The position numbers and the translations under genes are program-made. A stretch of DNA of 64,000 bases from Candidatus Hodarchaeota archaeon (GTDB taxonomy: Archaea; Asgardarchaeota; Heimdallarchaeia; Hodarchaeales; Hodarchaeaceae): the NCBI GenBank assembly GCA_016839815.1, contig JAEOTM010000204.1:49640-113639 (forward strand), read 5' to 3'. The first letter of the stretch is position 1. Every line of letters begins with the position of its first letter. Below, one piece after another: positions 10,189-19,652 of the stretch. Under the pieces are notes generated by a model, which saw only the letters and a program-made list of their open reading frames with translations, searched no databases and was not told the DNA's origin.

Positions 10189-11111
10189 GGTGACTTAAGC
10201 AGAATCCTCTCAATTTGATCTTTCTGTTCATAGATCCAGTAGAAAATCTCCTCTGCACGTTTTGCTTTTGATATATCTACAGGATGGTAATAAAGTAAGA
10301 AAAACAGCTGGATTTGCATTAAAACTGACCAAAATCCTTTTTTTTCATTTTCATTCATGATATTGGTTTGTAAGTATCCATTTACCATAGAATGTAAAAT
10401 TGTGTACCAACTAGCAGAAAAATTTGTATTATGGGAATCAAAGATCGCACTTAAGACTCCTGATACAAGATAACATAAATCAAAAATCTTTATCCCATAT
10501 GTAACTAATTCAAAGTCTAAGATGGCAATAAGTTGTGCATTTTTATGAGTTCCTTGAAAAAGAAGGTTTTCTAGATGAAAATCTCGGTGAATAACTTGCC
10601 TGGAGAACACTTTTTCGAAAGAGGAGAAACTACTTTCAACAAGATCAAGATAGGGAAGGATTCGACTTGCATTATACCTTCCAGAGGCTTTCTGAAAGAA
10701 CTTCAATACTCTTTCTCTCAACCCTTCAAAGAGTGGAGGAATATCACTGAAGTTCAACAGTGGAGCGGGAAAAAGACTAAGACTGCTATGTAATGATCCT
10801 AAAATGATTCCAAACCGTTCACACCAAGAAACATTTTCTGAAATTATTTCTAGATCAATAGTAGTACCTTCAAGGAAGGTATATAAGCAATAAGGAGTAT
10901 TCTCTGTTATGGTAAACTGAGAATGATCTTGTGTTCTTAATGGAGAATTTACTGGGATTCCCTCCTTATGTAAGAATTCAAGGATTAAATTTTCTCTTTG
11001 TAGCTGATTCAAATCTTGTTTAGATTTCAGAATATACCGTTGTTCGGGAGTAATGATCAGCTTACTCCTCTTATCTTGACCAAGCTCTTTAATTTGATGG
11101 GAATGTGCCAA
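10185..11111 (-). CDS. APH/type II homoserine kinase-like phosphotransferase
   Basis: IHRDFHLENLLF (Brenner motif) and ILDFE; LGSLH. Confidence 0.85.
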   Translation of the reverse strand: MAHSHQIKELGQDKRSKLIITPEQRYILKSKQDLNQLQRENLILEFLHKEGIPVNSPLRTQDHSQFTITENTPYCLYTFLEGTTIDLEIISENVSWCERFGIILGSLHSSLSLFPAPLLNFSDIPPLFEGLRERVLKFFQKASGRYNASRILPYLDLVESSFSSFEKVFSRQVIHRDFHLENLLFQGTHKNAQLIAILDFELVTYGIKIFDLCYLVSGVLSAIFDSHNTNFSASWYTILHSMVNGYLQTNIMNENEKKGFWSVLMQIQLFFLLYYHPVDISKAKRAEEIFYWIYEQKDQIERILLKSP

Positions 11112-11312
11112 TTTCCATGCTTGAAGAATCTTTTCCAGATTTTACCCTCAGATACGTTTAGTTGTCTCCGTAGATTTAGTCTTAATCTACATACTTAACT
11201 TTGATTTATTTTTGTGATATACATTTGATTAGAGGGATATTACAGGAAAATTTGTAAGGAATCAAAATTTATACCCCCAGAGGAGTAAAATCAATTTCTG
11301 AGAGTTAAGATA

Positions 11313-11837
11313 ATGAATTCAGCAACACAACACAAGTTCAAGTGGCCTATAGGTGTTACTTTACAATTCTCCGCATCCGCCGAAGAAGTATGGGATCTAA
11401 TATCCACTCCAGAAATTTTGGAGAAAACTCATCCATTCTGTAAAAGAAACCCAGTTCATACCTGGTTTGGTGAGGGATCCAAGGATACTATTGAATATTA
11501 CAATGGTAGAATCATGCATAGAGAGTTTTACTTTTGGAAAGAAGGACTGGGATATGATCTCTTGATTGGTCGAGAAGGAGGACGAAAATCAAAAGTGACA
11601 TGGAGAATTAAACCTCAAGATACAGAAAATAGTGCTCTAACGATTACGATTTTTCCGAATAATCTACAGGAGCGGTCGTGGATAAGATCAGTGCTTTTAT
11701 ACTACAGTGTAGTCAAACCTATGCTTAAAAAATATCTTCTTTCGGTATTAACTGGATTCGATCATTACCTCAACACTGGTGAGCCAGTCTCCAAAAACCA
11801 GTTTGGTACTCATAAATGGTTCTCTACTCAAGATTAG
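11313..11837 (+). CDS. SRPBCC (START/Bet v1-like) family protein
   Basis: ASAEEVWDLISTP N-terminal motif, beta-rich core, C-terminal helix. Confidence 0.7.
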   Translation: MNSATQHKFKWPIGVTLQFSASAEEVWDLISTPEILEKTHPFCKRNPVHTWFGEGSKDTIEYYNGRIMHREFYFWKEGLGYDLLIGREGGRKSKVTWRIKPQDTENSALTITIFPNNLQERSWIRSVLLYYSVVKPMLKKYLLSVLTGFDHYLNTGEPVSKNQFGTHKWFSTQD

Positions 11838-11935
11838 TTGTTCCAAATACATCCTCAATCAATTCCAAGGTGAGGAGCTGGAAGGGAAATTCTACCCAAA
11901 TCTATTTAAAATCATTAAAAGTGTAAAGTTGATTT

Positions 11936-12787
11936 ATGTGCCTCACCTGCTACCAACATACACGGAAAATCTGGTACCAACAAAAAGATGCGTATGATAT
12001 CAGTTCTGGACGATTTTTGAAAATCTTTCCTGGAAAATTTCGGGAACATTGGTATAATTTTTATGGTGCACGTCTGCAAAAGATGGTAGATAATGCCACC
12101 TATGATATTGCTGCTGATGCGAATCGGAAACCGTACACAGGCCTGAAAAAAGCATTTTACAATTATTTTGCAAGGAATTTTTTAGGGGGACAAGTAGCTT
12201 CGTCTCTTGATGAATTACTCCAAGTACTTGAGAACGCAGAGGACCTCTATTTACATTATTGCAGTTGTAAAAAGGGAGCAACAGGTGAAGCTGATCTTCG
12301 ATGTATTTTTATCAATCATTTAGCTCGGTACAATCGGAAACGTCATATTGAGGGCGAAGGACGCTTTCTCGACAAGGATGAAGCTAAAGAGATTATTATT
12401 GATCGTCGAAATCAAGGACATTATGGGACCATTTTGTGGGGGATGCGGCCCAATATTGATAGTATCTGTAATTGTGATCAGAATTGTGCTGGTTTGTATA
12501 CTCCTGAAATCCGTTGGGGACTCCTCCCATCATTCATGATTAGTCAAGTTGTGAATGCTGATAAATGTGATCCACACTGCAATAGCTGCTTAACTACCTG
12601 CTATTCAAAAGCGATTCTTAAACAAGAAGACTCTCCAGTAGATAGCGTGGATCAGGAAAAATGTATAGGCTGTAATTTATGTGTCGAACGTTGTCCATAT
12701 GGTGTGTTTGTGAGTACCCCACGAAAAATTTACTACGATGCTGCTATTGGCAAGAAAGTGGAGCTAGAAGCCTTAGAGCTTGAGTAG
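11936..12787 (+). CDS. 4Fe-4S binding protein
   Basis: CSCK...C and CNCDQNC clusters plus ferredoxin motifs CDPHCNSCLTTC and CIGCNLCVERCP. Confidence 0.85.
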   Translation: MCLTCYQHTRKIWYQQKDAYDISSGRFLKIFPGKFREHWYNFYGARLQKMVDNATYDIAADANRKPYTGLKKAFYNYFARNFLGGQVASSLDELLQVLENAEDLYLHYCSCKKGATGEADLRCIFINHLARYNRKRHIEGEGRFLDKDEAKEIIIDRRNQGHYGTILWGMRPNIDSICNCDQNCAGLYTPEIRWGLLPSFMISQVVNADKCDPHCNSCLTTCYSKAILKQEDSPVDSVDQEKCIGCNLCVERCPYGVFVSTPRKIYYDAAIGKKVELEALELE

Positions 12788-12799
12788 ATCGCTTAGAAC

Positions 12800-13141
12800 C
12801 TACTTGTGTGGTAAGGTTGAAGTAAATGCAAGTCCTTTTTCAATCCAAAAATGAAGAATAGAATCCTCTGAAACACCTTCCTCATCTACAAAGATCATTC
12901 CTCTTAATGGTTTCCCAGTAAAGTCCATTTCGCGAGTAAACTCTGTTTTTAATGCTTGTTCGTAGTGTTCCTTGCCAACTCTCACCATAAGATCGTCCTT
13001 TATTACTCCAACAGTCATATTTCCATTCAGCATGAATGCAAGTCCTCCAAACATCTTTTTTTCGGTTACTCCAGGAGCTGCATCTAAAAATTCTCGAATT
13101 CGTTGAGCTAAACCTTCATCATAGACCATTCGGGAGAACAC
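12800..13141 (-). CDS. TfoX/Sxy N-terminal domain protein
   Basis: EKKMFGGLAFMLNGNM...LMVRVG...MDFTGKPLRG; likely start MVYDEGLAQRIR. Confidence 0.9.
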   Translation of the reverse strand: MFSRMVYDEGLAQRIREFLDAAPGVTEKKMFGGLAFMLNGNMTVGVIKDDLMVRVGKEHYEQALKTEFTREMDFTGKPLRGMIFVDEEGVSEDSILHFWIEKGLAFTSTLPHK

Positions 13142-13297
13142 CTGTTGAAGATGGATAATTAAGTAGAAGATTGTGTAAGAAAATATAGATACTTGTGTGA
13201 AAATCTCGTTTTGAGATTTATAAATTCACCCTGCCAGAATGACAACGTAATGAGCGAGATTTTAATAGAAAAGTCAGAAAAAAGAAGAGAATGGGTA

Positions 13298-13492
13298 TTA
13301 ATACCCAATAGGGGGATAAGGTCCTTCTAGCGGGTCAGCTATCCCTTGACTGAGAGCAAAGAATGTTACAACCAGCCAAAGGGTGATCCAGAAGATTTTC
13401 ATCCAATTTTTTCGCTTCGGGATTCGATTAAACACTTTTGGTCTCCTTCTGTATAATTTGTCAAAAAGGACTCTGAGCAATCTACTGCTCAA
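13298..13492 (-). CDS. Small membrane or secreted peptide (basic N-region, hydrophobic helix, Pro-rich tail)
   Basis: Ends MKIFWITLWLVVTFFALSQGIADPLEGPYPPIGY; TATA-like box near 13513-13520 upstream; T-rich tract downstream on the minus strand. Confidence 0.55.
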   Translation of the reverse strand: MSSRLLRVLFDKLYRRRPKVFNRIPKRKNWMKIFWITLWLVVTFFALSQGIADPLEGPYPPIGY

Positions 13493-13579
13493 TGAGTATT
13501 GTGATTCAGGCTTATATATTCGAAAGCAGTTCTTGGGAGACTTTAATCAAAAAGAGGGGTAAACTAATGGGGAAAGTTA

Positions 13580-15037
13580 ATGCACCAAAGTCAGGAAGTA
13601 GAGCCTCTTTTTGAATCTACTGCCATTGTAGATCCTTTTGTACGAGATTTCTGTGCATTTTGGGAACACATTCACACCGAAGTGATAAAACGTAGGGTAC
13701 GGAAAATATCGAAAACCGCAGAAATCACTCAAGCTCTCAAAGATGTCCAAACTATTCGTTTTTATGAAAAGTACAAATCTCATCCCTTACTTGAATACTC
13801 GGAAGCGTGGATGAAAACATTGGGGTCATTCTCAATCCTCTGGTATGGAGGTCGTGTGTTAATTCCCCTTCGATTAGTAACTTATGAGCTAGCATATGCA
13901 CAGGATCAATTATTACATACGTTCTTGAAGAATATCTCAACCAATCAGATCCAAGGAAATGAGGAGACCTTATTTCGGGTTCTTTTTCCCAAGTTACTTG
14001 AAATGGCACTTCCTTTATCTAAATCAGATCTTATTTTATTGAAAGGATTCCAAACGGCATATATAAAAAGTCAGAACCGTCGAACTGGACCCTCCACTCA
14101 AACCTTTGCATACCATATTCCGGAATTAAACGCTGAGACGATCCGCAATAAACTAGAATATTTCCGTTATTTTCAGCTAGCCATCCCTATGCATTTTCTC
14201 GATATGGGAAAATTAGGTTATGAAACATATCTAACAGTCCATTCGAGCATGGTACCTGACCAGCTTTCACGATATTGCCTAATAGATATCAACATGGGAA
14301 GTGCACGATTAGGCCTTTTCCAACTGCCTTATAGTAGACCGGAACTACTTACACTTCTAAAAAGCACTCAAAGTGAGGAATACCCTACTCCTTCAAAATT
14401 GATTCCTATGACCCGAAGAGTGCATTCGTGGAACCTTTCTACTCTCCAAGAAGGAAAAAACAAATGGATAAAACCCTATTCATTTTTTTATGGGGATCCT
14501 TCTTCCCCTCCACAATTCGCTCCTGCCACCATGGACATGTCCCTAGATCCATTGTTCCAACCTTTCCGTCCATTAACTCATGCAGATGTAATTTTGCTTT
14601 CTTTTCTTGTATCTGTAGGAAAAATTCTCAGACTCAAAGATTTAGCCTCTCAAGTTCAGCTGCATCCCAATACAGTATCAAGGCTTTTAGCTGAATATCA
14701 AAAGGCTGGTTTACTCAATCAAATAGTCCAATATTACAATCTAGGCTTAAATCTCCCAGTTTATCTTTTCATTTCGATACCAAATACTACTAATCGTATT
14801 CACTTCCTAGATTTCTGTCTTACTCTCCCCCATATTGATCTTTTTACAACAACCACTACTGAAGAATCAGTGTACTTCGGCCGAACTGATCTTCCTCATT
14901 TTTGGTGTCGAGATTTTGTAACACGATTGCAGTTTTTACGTAACAAGTATTCCGAGATGTCTTTTCATTATACCTTTGAACCTCCTTTAGTGATACGACG
15001 AAATCTCTCCCTAATGGACACTTATCAACAATCTTAG
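13580..15037 (+). CDS. Large regulator with two winged-HTH (Lrp/AsnC-like) modules
   Basis: LSKSDLILLKGF...AETIRNKL...DMGKLG and LTHADVILLSFL...LKDLASQVQLHPNTVSRLL...YNLGL. Confidence 0.7.
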   Translation: MHQSQEVEPLFESTAIVDPFVRDFCAFWEHIHTEVIKRRVRKISKTAEITQALKDVQTIRFYEKYKSHPLLEYSEAWMKTLGSFSILWYGGRVLIPLRLVTYELAYAQDQLLHTFLKNISTNQIQGNEETLFRVLFPKLLEMALPLSKSDLILLKGFQTAYIKSQNRRTGPSTQTFAYHIPELNAETIRNKLEYFRYFQLAIPMHFLDMGKLGYETYLTVHSSMVPDQLSRYCLIDINMGSARLGLFQLPYSRPELLTLLKSTQSEEYPTPSKLIPMTRRVHSWNLSTLQEGKNKWIKPYSFFYGDPSSPPQFAPATMDMSLDPLFQPFRPLTHADVILLSFLVSVGKILRLKDLASQVQLHPNTVSRLLAEYQKAGLLNQIVQYYNLGLNLPVYLFISIPNTTNRIHFLDFCLTLPHIDLFTTTTTEESVYFGRTDLPHFWCRDFVTRLQFLRNKYSEMSFHYTFEPPLVIRRNLSLMDTYQQS

Positions 15038-15202
15038 TGGGAAATTTGAAGTGATACTTTCCCAAAAAGTCACTCTTTGGAGGTTATATGAATTGAGGAA
15101 AATTGTGGAATGGGTGTAACAACTATCTCATCTCAACTAAGGGGTTCATATATGAGCACTGGGATAGTTTTTTGGCCCTCAGTGAATAAACAAAGCCAAA
15201 GT

Positions 15203-15265
15203 ATGTCAAAACCTCTCAGTATCCGTGAGTCGCGTTGTCAGGGGTGTCCAATGCGCCTCGGATGA
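15203..15265 (+). CDS. Putative 20-aa CxxC micro-peptide MSKPLSIRESRCQGCPMRLG (or small ncRNA)
   Basis: ATG 15203 to TGA 15265; TATA-like TTCATATAT about 55 nt upstream; terminator hairpin overlaps the stop. Confidence 0.4.
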   Translation: MSKPLSIRESRCQGCPMRLG

Positions 15266-15291
15266 GGACTTCTTCCTCATCCCCTTTTTTT
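15260..15291 (+). terminator. Hairpin plus T-tract terminator
   Basis: GGATGAGGA-cttct-TCCTCATCC perfect 9-bp stem followed by CCTTTTTTT. Confidence 0.7.
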
Positions 15292-15366
15292 CTTATGGAG
15301 ATTTTTCTTAAAGTATTCTATAAAATAGTGGATGAGCTAACAAAAATATTTACATATCTAAAGTTA

Positions 15367-15549
15367 TTAGACTCTTTTCTGCCTCTCGAAATATCCACGA
15401 AGTATTGAATTGGCTTTCAACCGAGGTCTAGCTCTCTCAAATTTGAGGTGAACAGTCTGAGATCGATCTTCATACCGATCTAACGACATTTTGATTTTTT
15501 TCTTATTTTTAAAATACTCTTCACTTGTAAGATTGGCTTTTCTTTTCAC
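15367..15549 (-). CDS. Small basic hypothetical protein
   Basis: 60-aa Lys/Arg-rich ORF with GGAG SD-like sequence upstream of GTG. Confidence 0.5.
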   Translation of the reverse strand: MKRKANLTSEEYFKNKKKIKMSLDRYEDRSQTVHLKFERARPRLKANSILRGYFERQKRV

Positions 15550-15890
15550 TCAACCAGCTCCTTTTTTTAGGTACTGATCATCTTCCTTCCACTTACAGGA
15601 AGAAGGTATGTGGAAATGTTATTTTTTCTTCAAGAAGTCTTGGAACTCTTTTATCAAATTAATATCAATTTAACAATTGCACTCCTTGGTTAATCAGCCC
15701 CATTCTTACTGTAGACTTAAGGAAGTGCTAGGAGATGGTGCTTGTGAGGAGTTCTCTCCTAGATTCCACTTTAGTTATGAGTATAGAAAAGGAGCACTTC
15801 AAGCATCTTATCAATACTAAAACCTGCCATGAAAGTAAGGTATTAAAAGCTGAAAAGACTTTGTAGAGTAATTTCTACAAATACTTAAAC

Positions 15891-17066
15891 GTGAGAACCT
15901 TGAGAAAATCCGTTAGCAAAGGAAATATGTTAATTTTCTTCCTTTTTGTAAGTAATTTTGTTTGTTACGTGGCAGATTCCCGAGTAGATCAAGGAGAAGA
16001 ATGGTTGTTTGTTGAAGTAGCCAGAATAAGTACAGGAGGCGATGCTTACACGATTAAAATTGAAGAAAACTATTGCTACATCAGTTGTGGATATGGTGGA
16101 TTTAGAATTTTTGATATAAGCAATACAAGTTCCCCCATTGAGGTTGCTCACGTTCCTCAACCCGCTAGCGGGTATGCCCATCAGTTTATCATGCATAACA
16201 AAATCGCATTTATCGGGAATGGGTATGGAGGAATCTGGATCCTCAACTGTACTAATCCTGAAGCTCCAAATACAATAATCGAATATAATCATGATTATTC
16301 CTGGGATATTCAACTAAATGGAGATATTCTTTATGCAGGTAACGGACATATTGTCCCCCAAGAAAGTATAACCGTTACCAACATAAGTGATATTACTCAA
16401 CCTGTTCATGTAAGGACGATTCTAACTGATGATGATATCACCGATCTACAAAGGGTAAACCAACTATTATACGCTGCTAGTTCCACCAAAGGTTTTCTTA
16501 TATTTGATATTTCCAGTCAAACAAACCCATTCTATTTAGGAAATTATACTGATCCTTTAAATCCTGATATTTACCTTGTTAGCTTTGATATTATTGATGA
16601 ATATGCATTCGTGGTATATTATCAATATGGTCTGAAAGTATTGAATATTAGTGATCCTACAAACATTACACTGGTTACCGAGATAATCGACGAAACAGTC
16701 GATTATTACTCCATTCATGTTTTGAAGAACGTGGCGTACATTTCAAATATCAACCACGGTATTCAATTAATTAACGTGAGTGATCCTACTGATTTGGAAA
16801 TTATCGTAGACTATTCCTATCCCAATTGTGGGACTAATGATATCCTTCCACAAGAAGATCTATTATTTGTCGCCGATAGAAATATCGGATTTCTGATTTT
16901 TAATGTAACTAAACAGGTAAAATTAGTAACCTCCACATCAGAGGTAACAACGACTGATGTATCAAGCATTTCTTCACCCACAAATGGAACAACTTCTTTT
17001 CCTCCTCTTTGGTTCTTTATAATCTGTGGTTTATTTTTTTCACATTGGAAAAAAAGAGATTTATAA
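15891..17066 (+). CDS. LVIVD-repeat beta-propeller surface protein with C-terminal sorting signal
   Basis: Repeated G(F/L)xIxDISxPxxP units; Ser/Thr linker, SFPPLW, TM helix, KKR. Confidence 0.85.
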   Translation: MRTLRKSVSKGNMLIFFLFVSNFVCYVADSRVDQGEEWLFVEVARISTGGDAYTIKIEENYCYISCGYGGFRIFDISNTSSPIEVAHVPQPASGYAHQFIMHNKIAFIGNGYGGIWILNCTNPEAPNTIIEYNHDYSWDIQLNGDILYAGNGHIVPQESITVTNISDITQPVHVRTILTDDDITDLQRVNQLLYAASSTKGFLIFDISSQTNPFYLGNYTDPLNPDIYLVSFDIIDEYAFVVYYQYGLKVLNISDPTNITLVTEIIDETVDYYSIHVLKNVAYISNINHGIQLINVSDPTDLEIIVDYSYPNCGTNDILPQEDLLFVADRNIGFLIFNVTKQVKLVTSTSEVTTTDVSSISSPTNGTTSFPPLWFFIICGLFFSHWKKRDL

Positions 17067-17158
17067 CAAACAAAAGAATTCAAGTGTTTCCACTTTGTCA
17101 AAAATCTTTGATCCGAAATTATATAAAATTAAACTGTGCAAAAACAATGTGAATTCTA

Positions 17159-17509
17159 ATGGCATATCAACAGCAAGAAAGGATCTTAATTAGTACCACT
17201 GATGAGATCCCAGGATATAAAATTGAGCAATATTTTGGATTAGCGTTTGGTGCGACGGTGAGAAGTCGTGGAATGGGAGGAGATTGTTTAGCTGGTTGCC
17301 AATCATCTTGCGGAGGAGAAGTCACTGCATTTACTGAAATGGCTCTCGAGGCAAGAAACCAGGCTATCAATCGCATGTTTGATGACGCGAGTCGGATGGG
17401 CGCTAATGCAATCATTGGATTAAAGTTCGACAGTGATCAAATTGGTCAAGGTGGCAATACAGCAACCATCGCTTATGGAACCGCGGTTAGAGTAGCACCT
17501 TTTCGATAA
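17159..17509 (+). CDS. YbjQ/UPF0145 putative heavy-metal-binding protein
   Basis: STTDEIPGYKI...GGEV...ARNQAINRM...GANAIIGLKFD...AYGTAV. Confidence 0.9.
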   Translation: MAYQQQERILISTTDEIPGYKIEQYFGLAFGATVRSRGMGGDCLAGCQSSCGGEVTAFTEMALEARNQAINRMFDDASRMGANAIIGLKFDSDQIGQGGNTATIAYGTAVRVAPFR

Positions 17510-17511
17510 CG

Positions 17512-18123
17512 GTGAATATGATAAACTTTCCCATTGCAATCAAATTACTTATTAAACGTTGGGAATTATCCTGGCGTTTTAAGTTTGCACACCATCCAAT
17601 ATGCACAAATTACCGGACACACTTTTGGAAAGTGGGAGGTCTCTACCTTTGCCAAGGGTGTAGTTTGGTTTACTCGTCGTTCCTCATAACACTTCTGTTC
17701 TTAATCATTTTTCACGTGATTCTTCTTCCAGCCCAATATTTAATTGTAGGAATGAGTCTCTTAGTATCTATTCTCTTGATTGAAAAATATAATGCTAACC
17801 TGCGATTTATAAAGCGGTTAGCTCGAGTAGGAACAGGTCTTGGGTTGGGAATCTCATTTTCTGCCTTTTTACTCTACCCAGATCTTTTCATTAAACTAGG
17901 TGGCCTTTTTGTCTCTCTTGCTGGTTTTTATTTATTCAATTATATTCGACGTACGAAAGAGAAAGAGGATAAATGTCAGACATGCGCTGACTACCAAGGG
18001 CATAAAATCTGCTATGGATTACGATTAGAAGCTGAAGCAATGAGGAAATATTCAGAATATGCTTCTGATTTACTACAACCGAGCTTGAAGTCAGCTTATA
18101 GTAAAAAACTCAAATATGACTAG
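17512..18123 (+). CDS. Cys/His-rich membrane protein (DUF2085-like)
   Basis: HHPIC...H...GLYLCQGC before 4 TM helices; C-terminal CQTC...ICYG; 2 nt downstream of the YbjQ gene. Confidence 0.65.
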   Translation: MNMINFPIAIKLLIKRWELSWRFKFAHHPICTNYRTHFWKVGGLYLCQGCSLVYSSFLITLLFLIIFHVILLPAQYLIVGMSLLVSILLIEKYNANLRFIKRLARVGTGLGLGISFSAFLLYPDLFIKLGGLFVSLAGFYLFNYIRRTKEKEDKCQTCADYQGHKICYGLRLEAEAMRKYSEYASDLLQPSLKSAYSKKLKYD

Positions 18124-18190
18124 TAAGATTGATTAAAAAAAAAGGAGGAAATGTTGTTGTTTCCTCCAGATAGGTTCTTCATTTCGATAT

Positions 18191-18877
18191 TTATTCCCGT
18201 TCTTTGTACTTTAATCCAATAAGAATTAGTACACCAATATTTATCGGAAGTAAGAATCCTGGAAATCCCTTAGCTTTTGTTGTAGTTGTAGTGGTGGTAG
18301 TTGTAGTAGTTACAATGGGAAGCATTTCAATTGACTCTAAGTATGGAAGAAATTCGTATACGATGGAAAAAAGATCACTATTATTCAAATCGGTGTTTCC
18401 GATCTCTAACAGCTGTGCAAATACAACAATCTCTAGGTCTGGATTTTCCATCTCTGGATATTCAATGAATATCAGACATAGCTGATTCTGATCAGTTTGA
18501 AAGTGTTCATTGATACTTCCTGATAGCCACATATCGTTTTCTGTAAAAGGATCACCAAGCATCCAGAAAAAATAGTAATCCCCTAAAGGAGCGCGAACAA
18601 AAAGAAGACTCCCTGTAACTTCATTATCTGCAGAATCTGAAGGGAGAGACAATAGGGTAAGAACCACTAACGACTTTGTTTCTCCACGAGCTGGTGCAAT
18701 AGAAAAATCATAATCAATAGTTACCCAAATATTGACTCCATGTTGCGATACCTCAAGGATGGATATCTCTGAATCAGATGTGGATGCATAGATCGGAGGA
18801 ACACCAGAGAAAATTATTGGTGCTATACAAAGTAGCAAAACACCTAATGTATACTTTAGCTTCATATTCTGTCCCAT
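18191..18877 (-). CDS. Exported protein with poly-Thr linker and PGF-type C-terminal sorting signal
   Basis: Signal peptide; ends TTTTTTTTTTTKAKGFPGFLLPINIGVLILIGLKYKERE; ATG overlaps the upstream stop (TAATG). Confidence 0.8.
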   Translation of the reverse strand: MGQNMKLKYTLGVLLLCIAPIIFSGVPPIYASTSDSEISILEVSQHGVNIWVTIDYDFSIAPARGETKSLVVLTLLSLPSDSADNEVTGSLLFVRAPLGDYYFFWMLGDPFTENDMWLSGSINEHFQTDQNQLCLIFIEYPEMENPDLEIVVFAQLLEIGNTDLNNSDLFSIVYEFLPYLESIEMLPIVTTTTTTTTTTTKAKGFPGFLLPINIGVLILIGLKYKERE

Positions 18878-19491
18878 TAGCCAGGTGGATTTATCCAGTC
18901 ATCTTCTGCTTCAATATTGCCCTTTGCTTTTCCTTCCTCATCATATTCAGTGTAAGTCCATTTAATCGTTTCGTAAGTAAAAGAGACAGTTTCTTTCGGA
19001 ATTTCATCAACACTGATTGTACCAAAGCTCTGTACTGAAGTGATTTTTGCATTGGTAAGTTCAATAGTATAAAAATTCAAACCATCAGGTTCGTAATAGA
19101 TTCTTAAGACTACTGAAGGAATAATAGTTGATTTTACGCACCTTTCAAAGATTTTAGGAGACGATTTATCCACAGATTTCATTACTCGAAGAGGAGAGTG
19201 TTGCTTTATAGTAAGATCTCCAGTCATTAGATCATACGGATTGCTGATAGTATGAGAGTAACCAAGGGCGGTTATTGAGTTTTCACGTCCTGCAATGATC
19301 GATTCACCATCAACTCCCTCAATAAATAGGTTCATTGATATCGAAGTAAAACCAGAATATTGGGTTTCGGTGATTGAGGCATTTACATCTTGGCCATAGC
19401 TAGCAATTAGCACGGTGAGAGTAAATATTCCAATAAAAATACCTAGAAGAACAACCAAACGTGTATTATATTTTATCTTCATTCTTTTCAC
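18877..19491 (-). CDS. hcp: Hcp (type VI secretion tube) family protein with N-terminal signal peptide
   Basis: LFIEGVDGES, HSPLRVMKSVDKSSPKIFERC, YTIELTNAKITSV, ETVSFTYETIKWTY follow the Hcp1 consensus in order; about 50-aa N-terminal extension with basic n-region and hydrophobic h-region. Confidence 0.88.
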   Translation of the reverse strand: MKRMKIKYNTRLVVLLGIFIGIFTLTVLIASYGQDVNASITETQYSGFTSISMNLFIEGVDGESIIAGRENSITALGYSHTISNPYDLMTGDLTIKQHSPLRVMKSVDKSSPKIFERCVKSTIIPSVVLRIYYEPDGLNFYTIELTNAKITSVQSFGTISVDEIPKETVSFTYETIKWTYTEYDEEGKAKGNIEAEDDWINPPG

Positions 19492-19652
19492 ATCATTTTT
19501 TCATAGATTTGAATAAGAAATACGATCCAGCTCAATGAATTCTAGGATTCTTATGCTTATCCAAAAAAAAGGGCCCTGATGAGAGAATCCTTCAGCTTTA
19601 ATGCCTTTTTCTGTATCGAAACTTGTTACTCGTAACGTTTATCGGGCGTGGG

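Noticed and set aside
13195-13219. Minus-strand AAAACGAGA...TTTCACAC resembling a deleted repeat core
   Set aside because: Better explained by the local palindrome AAATCTC-gtttt-GAGATTT; the central 10 bp of the core are missing.
15721-15770. Isolated intergenic hairpins (CTAGGAGA/TCTCCTAG here, a similar pair near 4304-4371, and one at 27251-27292)
   Set aside because: Short stems with no shared loop or spacing; insufficient evidence for a family or an RNA gene.
18278-18313. Trinucleotide-like GTT/GTA/GTG run
   Set aside because: It encodes the poly-Thr linker with mixed codons; not an independent microsatellite.
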